64,000 nucleotides of DNA, taken from Gemmatimonadota bacterium. Its GTDB lineage: Bacteria > Gemmatimonadota > Gemmatimonadetes > Gemmatimonadales > Gemmatimonadaceae. The translations under genes and the position numbers were made by a program. Where the stretch lies: assembly GCA_040389905.1 (NCBI GenBank), contig JAZJZK010000014.1, forward strand, positions 192,001 through 256,000, read 5' to 3'. This document shows positions 39,719 to 50,241 of this stretch, piece after piece (positions within the stretch are counted from its first letter, which is position 1; each line of letters opens with the position of its first letter). The notes under the pieces were generated by a model. It worked only from the letters and a program-made list of their open reading frames with translations. It was not told the DNA's origin and searched no databases.

Positions 39719-41563
39719 ATGCCGACTCGCCGACGCGTCACGCTGAACGCCCTGCTGCTCGCTCTTTGTGCTCCGACCGCACACGCCCAGTACACGGTCA
39801 CATCTCCCGGCGGCAACCTCTCGCTCTCCGTCCATCACGCTCGCGAGGGCGTGGTCTTCTCGGTCGCCAGCGGCAAGACGCTCCTCGTCGACCGCGGCGC
39901 AATGGGTATCGCCACGAGTCGCGGCGCGTTCGATGCGGGACTTCGCTTCGTGCGCCAGACACGCAACACGATTGACGAGACCTACCAACTTCCCGTGGGA
40001 AAGCGCTCGACCTACGTCAACCGCGCGAACGAGCTCGACCTCGCATTCATCAAGGGCGAGCAGGAGTTTCACCTGGTTCTTCGCGCGTACGACGACGGTA
40101 TCGCGTTTCGTTATGCGTTGCCCGGATCGGGTGACGTCGAGATCTCGAGTGAGAGCACCACCTTTCCGCTCAGTGGATCGAACGTGACGTACTGGGGCCA
40201 AGCGCATCCAAACAACTACGGATACGAAACGGCACTCGGACTCATCACCGCAAGCCGCATCTCGATGCCGGTACTCGCGCAGTTGGGTGAGCGGAAGCAC
40301 TTCGTGCTCGTCGCACAGGCTGCGAGTTACGGCAACTACATCATCCCGAACTTCATCCGGCAAGGCAACACGCTCTCCGTCAGCTTTCCGATGGACCAGA
40401 AAACACCGGTGCGTACCACCCTGCCCTTCGTGTCTCCGTGGCGCTTTATGCTCGTCTCGCCTGGAACCGTGGGAAAGATCATCGAGTCGGTGATGGTGGA
40501 GAATCTCAATCCGCCGACCGAGCCCGAGCTCCGGAACGCAGACTGGATACGGCCTGGCCGCGCGAGTTGGGACTTCATCGCGGGCGACGGCAAGAAGCTC
40601 GGCACCTGGATTGATTTCGACGCCGAGATGGGCTGGGAGTGGCACGTGACGGACGCTGGGTGGCAAGGCCGCGTTCCGCACATGATGGAGACGACCGCGT
40701 ACGCGAAGGCGCGCAACGTCGCCATCATGGCGTGGGGGAAGGTTGCGAACCGCGACTTCCTCTACAAGCACGATCGCGCGGAAGCGTGGATGGCCGAGCT
40801 CGAACGACTCGGCCTTCGTGGCGCGAAGATCGACTTCTTCGATCAGCTGGATAGCGTCGCAACGGCGACCGATGATCTCGAAGACACGCAGGGACGACTC
40901 GCGCTGCGCGACTTTCTCTCCGAAACCGCAGCCAAGCACAAGCTGATGGTCGAGTACCACGGTGCGGCCATTCCCTCGGGCGAACGCCGTCGCTGGCCGC
41001 ACGTCATGAGTGCCGAGGCGATCTATGGACTCGAACGCCGGGTGCAAAACCTCCAACACGATCTCACGATTCCGTACGTTCGCAATGTCATGGGGCCCGC
41101 GAGCTACACGCCCTTCCACCTCACGCGCTCGATCGGATCACTCGCGTATCAACTCGGCCAGGTCGTGCTGTACGAGGCGGGCATACAGATCTTCGCCGAG
41201 CGCTACGATCGCATCCTCGGTTTTGCCGGCGTCGAATTCCTGAAAGCGGTTCCATCAACGTGGGACGACACACGATTCATCGACGGTCTGCCGTCGAGCC
41301 ACGCCGTCTTTGCCCGACGAAAGGGCGACGCGTGGTTCGTCGGCGGGATCAGTGGCGAATCACGCATCGTCAGCGTGCCACTCGCCTTCCTGAAGGAGGG
41401 AGTGACGTACTAGGCGGAGATCTATCGCGATGGCACGGACAAGACCGAGCTCGTGATGGAGAAGACGTTGGTGACGAGCAAGGACTCCCTGACCGTTGCG
41501 CTGCTCCCCGCGGGCGGATTCGCCGTGCATGTCCACCTGCCAAAGCCGAAGTCGGCGCCATAA
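39719..41563 (+). pseudogene. GH97 glycoside hydrolase with an in-frame TAG at 41411-41413
   Basis: RAYDDGIAFRY, SPWR, WIRPG, KIDFFD, YHG, R.WP, VPSTWDDT. Homology continues past the stop: AEIYRDG…DSLTVALLPAGGFAV, to TAA at 41561-41563. Confidence 0.8.
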
Positions 41564-41716
41564 CGCCTGACACGACCACATCGGACGCCGGCTGACGCTC
41601 GGCGTACGCGATGCCGATACTGACAGTCAACAGGCTGTGACTTTCGGCAAAGCCTCGAGTGAGTTGTAGGCCACAACTTCGCGTCGACGTTCCGCCGCTG
41701 GGCGTTACGACGCCAA

Positions 41717-44700
41717 ATGAGCGCCATTTTCATGAAGTTCAGTTTTCCGACCCATCGTCGTCGCGGCGTCGCTGCGCTCTCCGCGGCGCTCCTCGCCACC
41801 CTTCCTCACCAGGGAGGCGGTCAGGCGTCGACGCAGCGCTTTCAACGAGTGAATACCACGCAGGGGCTGTCCCAGGAATCCGGACTGTCCCTCGCGCAGG
41901 ATAGCCTCGGCTTTGTGTGGATCGGCACCTACAGTGGGCTCAACCGGTACGACGGAAATGGATTCGTGGTCTTTCGGCACAAGCCCGAAGACAAGTCCGC
42001 GCTCCACGAGGGCTGGGTTAACCAGCTGACCGTCGATCCGAGCGGCTATGTGTGGGCGGGAACCTACAGAGGCCTGAGCCGCTTCGATCCGCGCACCGAG
42101 ACGTTCCGGACGTACATGCACGACGGAGCCGACACCAGCTCGTTGTCGAACGATCGCGTCGAGGCGCTCATTGCGACGGCGGACGGACAAATCTGGATTG
42201 GCACCGCGTCGGGGCTTGAACGGCTTGACCCGAGTACGGGCCACATCACTCGATTCCGCCACGATCCCCGCGACCCGAGCTCTCTGGGCGCGGGTCCGGT
42301 GAACGCACTGTACGCCGATCGTTCCGGCCGCCTGTGGATCGCTACGAGTGCGTCGCTGAACCGGTGGGATGCCGCGGCGGGTGCCTTCGTTCACTTCGGC
42401 GTGGACTCGGCGCGAGCTCGCAGTGCGGGTGACCAACGGATTTCTGCCATTCTCGAATCTGCCCCGGGGAAACTCTGGGTGGGGTCGCGCTATGGCGGAC
42501 TCTATTTGCTCGATGAGCGTACCAGCTCGGTTCGCCGCTTCGCGCACTCACGCACGGACCCGAACAGTCTGCTCGACGACGATGTGTTGTCACTCGGCGA
42601 AGACGCAAGGAATAACCTGTGGATTGGAACGCCTCGCGGATTGGACCGGCTGGACACCGTGACCGGGCGATTCGTCCACCACCCGGTGAAACCCGATGAT
42701 CCGTTCGCGTTGCCGAATTCAAGCGTTCTCTCCCTGCTGCGCGACCGCACTGGGGTGATGTGGATCGGCACCAACGCCGGTGTCACTCGGCTTGCGCCGC
42801 TCAACCTTGCGTTCACCACGTATGTGGGCAACCCGGACAAGCCGTCCCAACTGCCTGCCGGAGCGCCATGGGGGCTTGGTGAAGGGGCAGATCATCGGAT
42901 CCTGATCGGTGCGGAAGGTGGTCTTGCCTGGCTCGATCCACGCACCGATGTCGTCACGCACATGCCCTTCCGCGGTGCCGGCGAGCCCGCCCCGTGGAAT
43001 TTCATTACGGCCATCGAGAACGTTCCGGGGGACCGTCTGTGGGTCGCGAGTCGCGGGGGACTTGGCTACATCGATCCGAAGCGTGGCGCGTACGTCGATT
43101 TTCACTGGACCACACCGCCGCCCAACGGCGCCCGCCGCATTTCGACATTCGCTCAGGACACGTCCGGCTCACTGTGGGTGGCGCCCTACGGATTCGGCGT
43201 GGTGCGCGTCTCGCCCAACCGCGCCACCTGGCGTTCCTACGTCTTGGATTCGCTCGACAAGCGCTCGCTCAGCAGCAACGTGGTGTACGTCCTCCACACA
43301 GACGCGACCGGGACGACCTGGGCCGGAACGACCGATGGGCTCAACCGGTACGATCCCAAGACCGACAGTTTTGTTCGGTACACCAGTGTGCCAGACGACA
43401 CGACGACACTGAGTGACGGCGTCATTGCATCGCTGTACCGCGCAGACGCGCACACGCTGTGGGTGGGCACCGCTCGCGGACTGAATCGCCTGAACCCGGT
43501 CACAGGTCTGGTCGTGCGCTACAATCTCGACCCCAGCCTGCCGCGGGACTTCATCAATGGCATTCTCCCTGGCGAGGGAGGCATCCTGTGGCTTGTCAGC
43601 AATCACGGCATCTATCGGTTCGACCCACGTTCAGGCGCCGCGCACGCGTATCAAACGCAGGACGGAGTCCTCGGCAACGAGACGCAGGTGAACGTGTCGC
43701 TGCGCGCGAGCGACGGACGGTATTACATCCCTGGCACCTACGGAATCACAGCCTTCAGCCAACGTGATCTCGACGCAGCGGCGCATTCACCTGCGGTGGT
43801 GCTCACGGCACTGCGGGTCTCGAATGAGCCCGTGCCGGTTGGTAGCGCATTGCTGCCGCGCTCCCTCCAGTTCGCGGATGATCTGACGCTCACGCATCAG
43901 CAGCGGAGCTTTGCCCTGGAGTTCAGCGCCCTCGAGTATGGTAGCGCTGAACGGAGTCGCTTCGCCTACCGCCTCGATGGCTTCGATCGCGATTGGGTGC
44001 AGACGTCAACCGACAATCGGCGCGCAACGTACACAAACCTCAGTCCCGGCACGTACACCTTCCGTGTGCGTGCGATCGATGCCGGCGGGGCGCGTGGCGA
44101 GAAGGAGGCGTCGCTGGTAGTCCATATTCGCCCGCATCCTCTGGCAAGTCGGTGGGCCTACGCCACGTATGTGCTGATCCTCGTTGCCGGCGTGCTCGGC
44201 TGGGAGCGGAACCACCGCCGGCGCCTCACGCGTGAGCGTGCCGTCAACACGCGCCTGCGCGAGGTGGATCGCCTCAAGGACGAGTTCCTCGCCAACATAT
44301 CGCACGAGCTACGCACGCCATTACATGGCGTCATCGGCATGGCCGAATCGCTGCGCGACGGAGCGGCAGGAGCGTTGCCGGCCAAGGCGCGCAGCGATCT
44401 GGGGATCGTCGTCACCGGAGCGCGACGGTTGGCGTCGCTGGTCAATGACATCCTCGATTTCTCGAAGATGAGGAATGCAGCGCTTCGGCTTGATCTGGGA
44501 CCGGTGGATTTGCGCTGTCTCACCGACGGCGTGACCGATTTGATGCGACCGCTAGCCAACGAGAAAGGGCTCGTGCTGCGCAACGATGTGGCCATGGACT
44601 TCTCCTCCGTGCAAGCCGACGAGGGCCGCGTCCAACAGATCCTTTACAATCTGGTCGGCAATGCCATCAAGTTTACGGAGACCGGGTCCGTTGTGATTTC

Positions 44701-45709
44701 AGGATCGGTCGAGGGTGACATGGTCGCTCTGCGCGTCACGGACACGGGGCGAGGCATTTCACCGGACGAGATCACGGCGGTGTTCGAGCCCTTCCATCAG
44801 GTCGAGGGTTCCGCGCAGCGCCAGCAAGCCGGTACGGGACTTGGGCTCGCGCTCGCGCGCCATCTCGCCGAACTGCACGGTGGCCGTCTGTCCGTCGAGT
44901 CCACGCTTGGTGTGGGGAGCACTTTCGTGCTCATGCTCCCCCGCAGCGAGACGCGTGCGGGTCACAACAGCACTGTCACCCCGAGCGAGCCCATCGACTT
45001 GGCTCAGGGCAGGCTCCGCGAGTCGAGGGGTCTGCACCTCGCACCCGCAGCGGGCGAGGATGAGTCGATCAGCGAGGTCAGCGATGAAGGGCGCGGCGTC
45101 CGTGTTCTCGTCGTGGACGACGACGCGACAAACCGCCAGGTCATGCTCAACAGTCTCGTCATGCACGGCTACGAAGTCGTCACGGTCAACGGAGGAGAGG
45201 AGGCACTTGTCGCCATCGAGAGTGGCCCTCCCATCGACATCGTCCTGTTGGACGTCATGATGCCGAAGATGTCCGGTTACCAAACCTGCGAGCGCTTACG
45301 TCAAGCGCATCCAGCCCACGAGCTACCTGTCCTGTTCCTGACGGCACGCAATCAGTTGTCCGACATCGTCGACGGCTTCGAAGCCGGAGGCAACGACTAC
45401 TTGACCAAACCCGTCGCCAAGGCGGAGTTGCTCTCCCGGTTACGCACGCAGAGCCGACTGCTCAGTGCGAGCCGGAACCTCGAGTACCTGGTGACCGAGC
45501 GAACCGCTCAGGTGAAGACGCTGAGCGGTCTCTTGCCGATCTGCTCGCATTGCCACGCGATTCGGGATGCCGAAGGCTATTGGGAGCGGTTGGAGGCTTA
45601 CATGCGGCACCACTCCGACGCGACATTCAGCCACGGCATTTGCCCACCGTGCGTCGAGAAGCACTTTGGGGACCTGATGAAGGACACAGTGCCCGAGACT
45701 GCACCCTAG
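41717..45709 (+). CDS. Hybrid sensor histidine kinase (periplasmic beta-propellers + Y_Y_Y + TM + HisKA/HATPase + REC + Cys-rich tail)
   Basis: Repeated WIGT..GL.R, ATYTNLSPGTYTF, SHELRTPL, NAIKFT, GTGLGL, LLDVMMP, LLPICSHC…SHGICPPC. Confidence 0.92.
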   Translation: MSAIFMKFSFPTHRRRGVAALSAALLATLPHQGGGQASTQRFQRVNTTQGLSQESGLSLAQDSLGFVWIGTYSGLNRYDGNGFVVFRHKPEDKSALHEGWVNQLTVDPSGYVWAGTYRGLSRFDPRTETFRTYMHDGADTSSLSNDRVEALIATADGQIWIGTASGLERLDPSTGHITRFRHDPRDPSSLGAGPVNALYADRSGRLWIATSASLNRWDAAAGAFVHFGVDSARARSAGDQRISAILESAPGKLWVGSRYGGLYLLDERTSSVRRFAHSRTDPNSLLDDDVLSLGEDARNNLWIGTPRGLDRLDTVTGRFVHHPVKPDDPFALPNSSVLSLLRDRTGVMWIGTNAGVTRLAPLNLAFTTYVGNPDKPSQLPAGAPWGLGEGADHRILIGAEGGLAWLDPRTDVVTHMPFRGAGEPAPWNFITAIENVPGDRLWVASRGGLGYIDPKRGAYVDFHWTTPPPNGARRISTFAQDTSGSLWVAPYGFGVVRVSPNRATWRSYVLDSLDKRSLSSNVVYVLHTDATGTTWAGTTDGLNRYDPKTDSFVRYTSVPDDTTTLSDGVIASLYRADAHTLWVGTARGLNRLNPVTGLVVRYNLDPSLPRDFINGILPGEGGILWLVSNHGIYRFDPRSGAAHAYQTQDGVLGNETQVNVSLRASDGRYYIPGTYGITAFSQRDLDAAAHSPAVVLTALRVSNEPVPVGSALLPRSLQFADDLTLTHQQRSFALEFSALEYGSAERSRFAYRLDGFDRDWVQTSTDNRRATYTNLSPGTYTFRVRAIDAGGARGEKEASLVVHIRPHPLASRWAYATYVLILVAGVLGWERNHRRRLTRERAVNTRLREVDRLKDEFLANISHELRTPLHGVIGMAESLRDGAAGALPAKARSDLGIVVTGARRLASLVNDILDFSKMRNAALRLDLGPVDLRCLTDGVTDLMRPLANEKGLVLRNDVAMDFSSVQADEGRVQQILYNLVGNAIKFTETGSVVISGSVEGDMVALRVTDTGRGISPDEITAVFEPFHQVEGSAQRQQAGTGLGLALARHLAELHGGRLSVESTLGVGSTFVLMLPRSETRAGHNSTVTPSEPIDLAQGRLRESRGLHLAPAAGEDESISEVSDEGRGVRVLVVDDDATNRQVMLNSLVMHGYEVVTVNGGEEALVAIESGPPIDIVLLDVMMPKMSGYQTCERLRQAHPAHELPVLFLTARNQLSDIVDGFEAGGNDYLTKPVAKAELLSRLRTQSRLLSASRNLEYLVTERTAQVKTLSGLLPICSHCHAIRDAEGYWERLEAYMRHHSDATFSHGICPPCVEKHFGDLMKDTVPETAP

Positions 45710-45726
45710 CCGACCCTCGCCGGTCC

Positions 45727-47736
45727 TTACGGCACCACAGGAATCCTTGGCTCGATCCGCACGATGAGCAATCCCGTATTCACATCGTTGATGTACGCGA
45801 GACCGTTTTTCACCACCACACCCCACGTCATCGTGTTGTTCGGAATGAAACCCTTCGGGTCGGACGGATAGACGTTCGCGATTTCGCGCTGCTGGGCACG
45901 GAGATCGCCGCGCAGCTCGCCGGAAATATCGAACGCTCGAAAACCGGCGTTGTACGCGCCCATGTACAGTGTGTCGCCCGCCACCCAGATGTTGTGCACG
46001 CCGCCCATCTCGGGTTCGTAGAATGCGACGGACTTCGGGTGCGCGATGTCGCTCACGTCCAGCACCTGCAACCGCCCGTACGCTCGGCTCGCCTGTTTCT
46101 CCTCGAGCGCCATGATGTCCTTGTTCGTGAACACTTCGTCGGCAATGAAGACGTACTTGCCATGGCGCCACGCCGTGTGCGTTCCGCGAATGTACCCTGG
46201 CCCGCCCACCGCCTCGACCGGCTTGTACAACTCGTCCAGGTTGTACTTGTATTGCGAGACAAGCTGCGGATTCGACGGTGAACCACCCTTGATGCCGGCA
46301 CCGATGTCGAGCATCACCAGCCCGTCGTTCCAATAGCTCGCGTAGACCATCCCGTCGCGCACGTCGATGTCGTGCAGCATGCGCCCCGCATCGCTGCGGT
46401 TCGTCTGCCACAGCGCCACCTGCTTGGGGTGCGCCGGATCGTTGATGTCGATGATGTGCAGTGCCCCAGTACCGTCGTTCGTCAGGTACACGTGACGCCC
46501 GAACTTGGGCTGCGAGTAGATGTAGGCTGAGTGGACGCCCGCCGTTACGCCGTCCGTGAACTCGCCGACGACTTTCGGATGCAACGGATCATCGAGCGTC
46601 GCGATGACGATGCCGTTCTTGCGATTGTCCGCGCCTTCGCGGGTAATCACCATGACCTTGCCGTCTTCCGACGTCATGATGTCGTTGATGGTGCGGGCGT
46701 TCACGACGACGGAATCGACGATCGCTGCCTTCGAGGGGTCGGAGACATCGATGACGTACACGCGGTCGCCACCGAGGATCGTTCCGAGATACGCGACCTT
46801 GCCGTTCGGATGCACCCAGACTTCCGACGTGGCGAGTGAACTGCGAATCACTGAGCCAACCACCGTGGCAGGGCGCCGAACGTCGCGCGCCGCCAATGTC
46901 ACCGTCGTCTGCGCCACGTTACGCCCGAGCAGAGCTGTCACCGTATACGTGCCGGCGTCGTAGCCCACGAATACGCCGTCGGCGTCGAGTTCTCCCTTGC
47001 CCGGCGAGAAGACCCACGATGGAGTCAGGCCCGCGATCTCCTTTCCAGCCGCGTCCTTCGCCACGACCTTGAAGTTGATGACATCGCCGGTGCGGGCCTG
47101 TGGCTTCGACGGTGTCACGCTGAGCGACGCGATGGGCGTCCCCACTACTGTGACGCTGAGCGACTGCTTGACGGCACCGACCGCCGCCGTGATCGTCGCC
47201 GAACCCGCGGCGGTGGCGCTGATCGCACCACTGCGATCGACGCTCGCGATGGCTGGTGCAGAGCTCGTCCATGTCACTGCGTCGTCGCGACTGTCGCCGG
47301 CCTTCGAGAAGACGCGTGCGGTGGCGGCCACCGTTTGGCGCGGCACGAGTTTGAGCGACGCGGCTGACAGGGCAATCGACGCCGCGGGGCCAGGGACGAT
47401 CTTCACGTCGATGCGCGCGATGACCGGCTTTGACCCAGGCTGAATCGCGGACACAACCACGGGAATCGTGCTGACCGATCCGGCCATGACTAAGCCGGTG
47501 CTGTCGACGGTGCCTTGAAATGGGAAATCCTGCTGCTGAAAGCGAATGCGAACACCGGTCACCGGCTTGCCATCTTTGTCGAGCGCCGCCGCCTTCAATT
47601 GCAGCGTTTCACCCGCAACGACACGCGCCGGCGACGGCGTCACGGTCACGCGCACGACGCCTTGCGCGGCAAGCGAGATCGGCAACGCGGCCAACGCGAG
47701 GAGCGTGGCGGTGGCGCGGAACGTGGCGTAATTCAT
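45727..47736 (-). CDS. Secreted protein with Ig-like repeats and an LVIVD-type beta-propeller
   Basis: Signal peptide MNYATF…AAQ, VTWTSS.P.IA.V Ig repeats, YVIDVSDP, HIIDINDP, LQVLDVSD. Confidence 0.85.
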   Translation of the reverse strand: MNYATFRATATLLALAALPISLAAQGVVRVTVTPSPARVVAGETLQLKAAALDKDGKPVTGVRIRFQQQDFPFQGTVDSTGLVMAGSVSTIPVVVSAIQPGSKPVIARIDVKIVPGPAASIALSAASLKLVPRQTVAATARVFSKAGDSRDDAVTWTSSAPAIASVDRSGAISATAAGSATITAAVGAVKQSLSVTVVGTPIASLSVTPSKPQARTGDVINFKVVAKDAAGKEIAGLTPSWVFSPGKGELDADGVFVGYDAGTYTVTALLGRNVAQTTVTLAARDVRRPATVVGSVIRSSLATSEVWVHPNGKVAYLGTILGGDRVYVIDVSDPSKAAIVDSVVVNARTINDIMTSEDGKVMVITREGADNRKNGIVIATLDDPLHPKVVGEFTDGVTAGVHSAYIYSQPKFGRHVYLTNDGTGALHIIDINDPAHPKQVALWQTNRSDAGRMLHDIDVRDGMVYASYWNDGLVMLDIGAGIKGGSPSNPQLVSQYKYNLDELYKPVEAVGGPGYIRGTHTAWRHGKYVFIADEVFTNKDIMALEEKQASRAYGRLQVLDVSDIAHPKSVAFYEPEMGGVHNIWVAGDTLYMGAYNAGFRAFDISGELRGDLRAQQREIANVYPSDPKGFIPNNTMTWGVVVKNGLAYINDVNTGLLIVRIEPRIPVVP

Positions 47737-47869
47737 GGTACGATTCCCGTCTTGAGGTTCGATCGCTGTCCAGTGGATTGAATTGGCTTCGGATGCCTCC
47801 GGAGCGCAAGCTCGCGAACGCGCCGTCATCGCGGTAGACTGTCGCCGCCCCCGTCGACATCGAGACCTT

Positions 47870-49291
47870 ATGATTGCCGTGACCAGGCTACCGCGATTCG
47901 GACTGCTCGTCGCCGCTGGAATGGCATGTGGACACGTCGGCCAGACGTCCGCCCCCGCGCCGCTCGCTCCGAACATCCTCCTCATTCAGGCCGACGACCT
48001 CGGCTACGGCGACGTGAGCGCGTACGGCCAGTCGAATTTCTCTACGCCCGCGCTCGATCGTCTCGCCGCTGAGGGGATTCGCTTTACGCAGTACTACGCC
48101 GGCAGCACGGTGTGCGCTCCCTCGCGCGCCGCGCTCATGACTGGGCGGCACACTGGCCACCTGTCAGTGCGCGGAAACGGCGCACTCCCTGAGGGCGACG
48201 TGCCGCTACGCGAGGAGGACGTAACAATCGCCGAGGTTTTGCGGAGCGCGGGCTATCGGACGGCCGTCGTGGGCAAGTGGGGAATCGGCCAGCTCGGCAG
48301 CTCTGGGGAGCCGAACAAGCATGGATTCGACCACGCGTTCGGCTTCCTCGACAATCGTCACGCGCACCGCCAGTTCACAGATCACCTGTGGCGCAACGGC
48401 GAGCGTGTCGCGGTCGACGTCGAGCGTGACTACGTCAACGATCTGTTTACGAAAGAGGCTGCGTCGTTCATCAGCCGGAGTGACAACCGTCCGTTCTTCG
48501 TCTATCTGAACTACACCGTTCCGCACGCAGAGCTTCGCGTCCCCGACGAATCGCTCGCGCCGTTCATCGGGCGTTTTCCGGAGCGCCCCTTCGCGAACCC
48601 AGCCGCCGACGCGCGGCCGACGGGCTCGCGCGCCGACGCCCCATCGCTCGGCTATCGTTCGCAGCCCACACCGAGGGCCGCCTTCGCGGGGATGATCACT
48701 CGGATGGATCGTGACATCGGCCGTCTCGTGGACCTCGTGCGCACGAGGGGCATCGAACGACAGACGCTGGTGTTGTTCGTCAGCGACAATGGTCCGCACA
48801 GCGAGGGCGGCGGAGATCCGGCATTCTTCAAGAGCAGCGGTGGCTTGCGCGGCATCAAGCGCGATCTGTACGAGGGCGGCATCCGCGTCCCGATGATCGC
48901 ACGGTGGACGGGCACGATCCCCGCCGGGCGCGTGAGCAATCACGCATGGGCACACTGGGATATGCTGCCGACGCTCGCAGAACTCGCCGGCGCTCGAACG
49001 CCTACGGGACTTGATGGTGTTTCGATGACGGCTGCACTGCGTGGCGTGGCGGCGCCGGTGCATCCGTTCATGTATTGGGAATTTCACGAGCGCGGCTTTC
49101 AGCAGGCGGTGCGCATGGATCGCTGGAAGGCCGTGCGGCTGTCGGCCAATGCGCAGCTCGAGCTGTACGACCTCGCCGCCGACCCGCGCGAGGAGCGCGA
49201 CGTGGCCACGTCGAACCCGCGCGTGGTGGCGACAATCGAGGAGTACCTCCGTACGGCGCGTACAGCGTCCGACCGCTGGCCGGTACCGTAA
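47870..49291 (+). CDS. Cys-type arylsulfatase (S1), probable lipoprotein
   Basis: PNILLIQADDLGYGD, CAPSRAALMTG, GKWG, SDNG, YEGGIRVP. Confidence 0.93.
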   Translation: MIAVTRLPRFGLLVAAGMACGHVGQTSAPAPLAPNILLIQADDLGYGDVSAYGQSNFSTPALDRLAAEGIRFTQYYAGSTVCAPSRAALMTGRHTGHLSVRGNGALPEGDVPLREEDVTIAEVLRSAGYRTAVVGKWGIGQLGSSGEPNKHGFDHAFGFLDNRHAHRQFTDHLWRNGERVAVDVERDYVNDLFTKEAASFISRSDNRPFFVYLNYTVPHAELRVPDESLAPFIGRFPERPFANPAADARPTGSRADAPSLGYRSQPTPRAAFAGMITRMDRDIGRLVDLVRTRGIERQTLVLFVSDNGPHSEGGGDPAFFKSSGGLRGIKRDLYEGGIRVPMIARWTGTIPAGRVSNHAWAHWDMLPTLAELAGARTPTGLDGVSMTAALRGVAAPVHPFMYWEFHERGFQQAVRMDRWKAVRLSANAQLELYDLAADPREERDVATSNPRVVATIEEYLRTARTASDRWPVP

Positions 49292-49292
49292 C

Positions 49293-49804
49293 TCACTGCA
49301 CTGGCATTCTTCGCAGCGCTTCGATGCTTTCGAGAATGTCGAGAAGGTGCGCCTCCACGTACTGACGTCCCTTCTCGCGCGTGGCCAGCGTTGCGTCGCC
49401 GTAAATACCCGTGCGCGACCACGTCTTTCCGTCGCGCACGGACATTGCCGAATCGCGTGCCAGACCGCCGGCACCCGGGTGATAATCGTTCGCCGCCTTC
49501 GTCATGTCGACGAACTGCGGATACATGTAGAGGAGCATCGACGTTTCCATCTCGTCGGCGTGCGTTCCGCCGGGCTGCTTCGAGATTGCCGTGCGCACCG
49601 AATCCGTGCGGCGTCCGCCATCGGTGTACGTCAGCATGATGCCGTTCGCATGAAGGGCAAATCGAGCACTTTCCCCGCTTCGACCCACGACAGGTCCGCG
49701 AGCCGAATGCCGGCCGGCCGGGGGCGTGACTGCGCGGCCGCGGCGAGCGAGGAACACGCGCTGAGCACGGCGACAAGCATGGTGGTGCGACGGATCGAAA
49801 GCAT
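49293..49804 (-). pseudogene. Creatininase-family gene with internal deletion and frameshift
   Basis: The N-terminus (signal peptide, GIRLADLSWVEA) is in one frame. It joins near 49662 to the C-terminal part in another frame (GGTHADEMETS, GIYGDATLATREKG). The central metal-binding motifs are missing. Confidence 0.75.
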
Positions 49805-49871
49805 GAGACATACTGCGGCTACTCTCGGATTACGGCAACTCGATCCGTTCAACGCTCGCGATGCAGCCAAT

Positions 49872-50190
49872 TCATCCGGTTTTCAATCCCTGCGCGACGA
49901 TCCCGGATATCGCGGCGGCTAAAATGAGTAGCGGCTCAGGGATTCGTCGCGTCCGCGTCAGCACGAGGAGCGCAACCATCGCGATGATCACCGTCGTGAC
50001 ATCCATAAGGGCCCGGCGACCGAGTACGAACGCCGCCCCAGCGATCGCGCCCGTCGCAGCCGCCGTGATGCCATCCACGAACGCGCGGATACGCGGATTC
50101 GTCTTGAGACGATCATAGTGCGGGGCAAGCACGATCGTGCTGACGTAGACCGGTGCGAAGACGCCGACCGCCGCCGTCGCACCGGAGAGA
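49872..50190 (-). pseudogene. chrA: Chromate efflux transporter, C-terminal fragment only
   Basis: AVGVFAP…APHYDRLKTNPRIRAFVDGITAAATGAIAG…IPEPLLILAA. About 100 aa remain, directly downstream of chrB. Confidence 0.75.
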
Positions 50191-50241
50191 CATCGCGAGT
50201 TGCGCCGCTAACGGACCGAGGGCCGGGCCGTTTTGGGCGAC

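Noticed and set aside
41411..41413. Pyrrolysine or genome-wide TAG recoding
   Set aside because: TAG ends several intact genes here (12365, 13476, 30529), and no pyl genes or suppressor tRNA are in the window.
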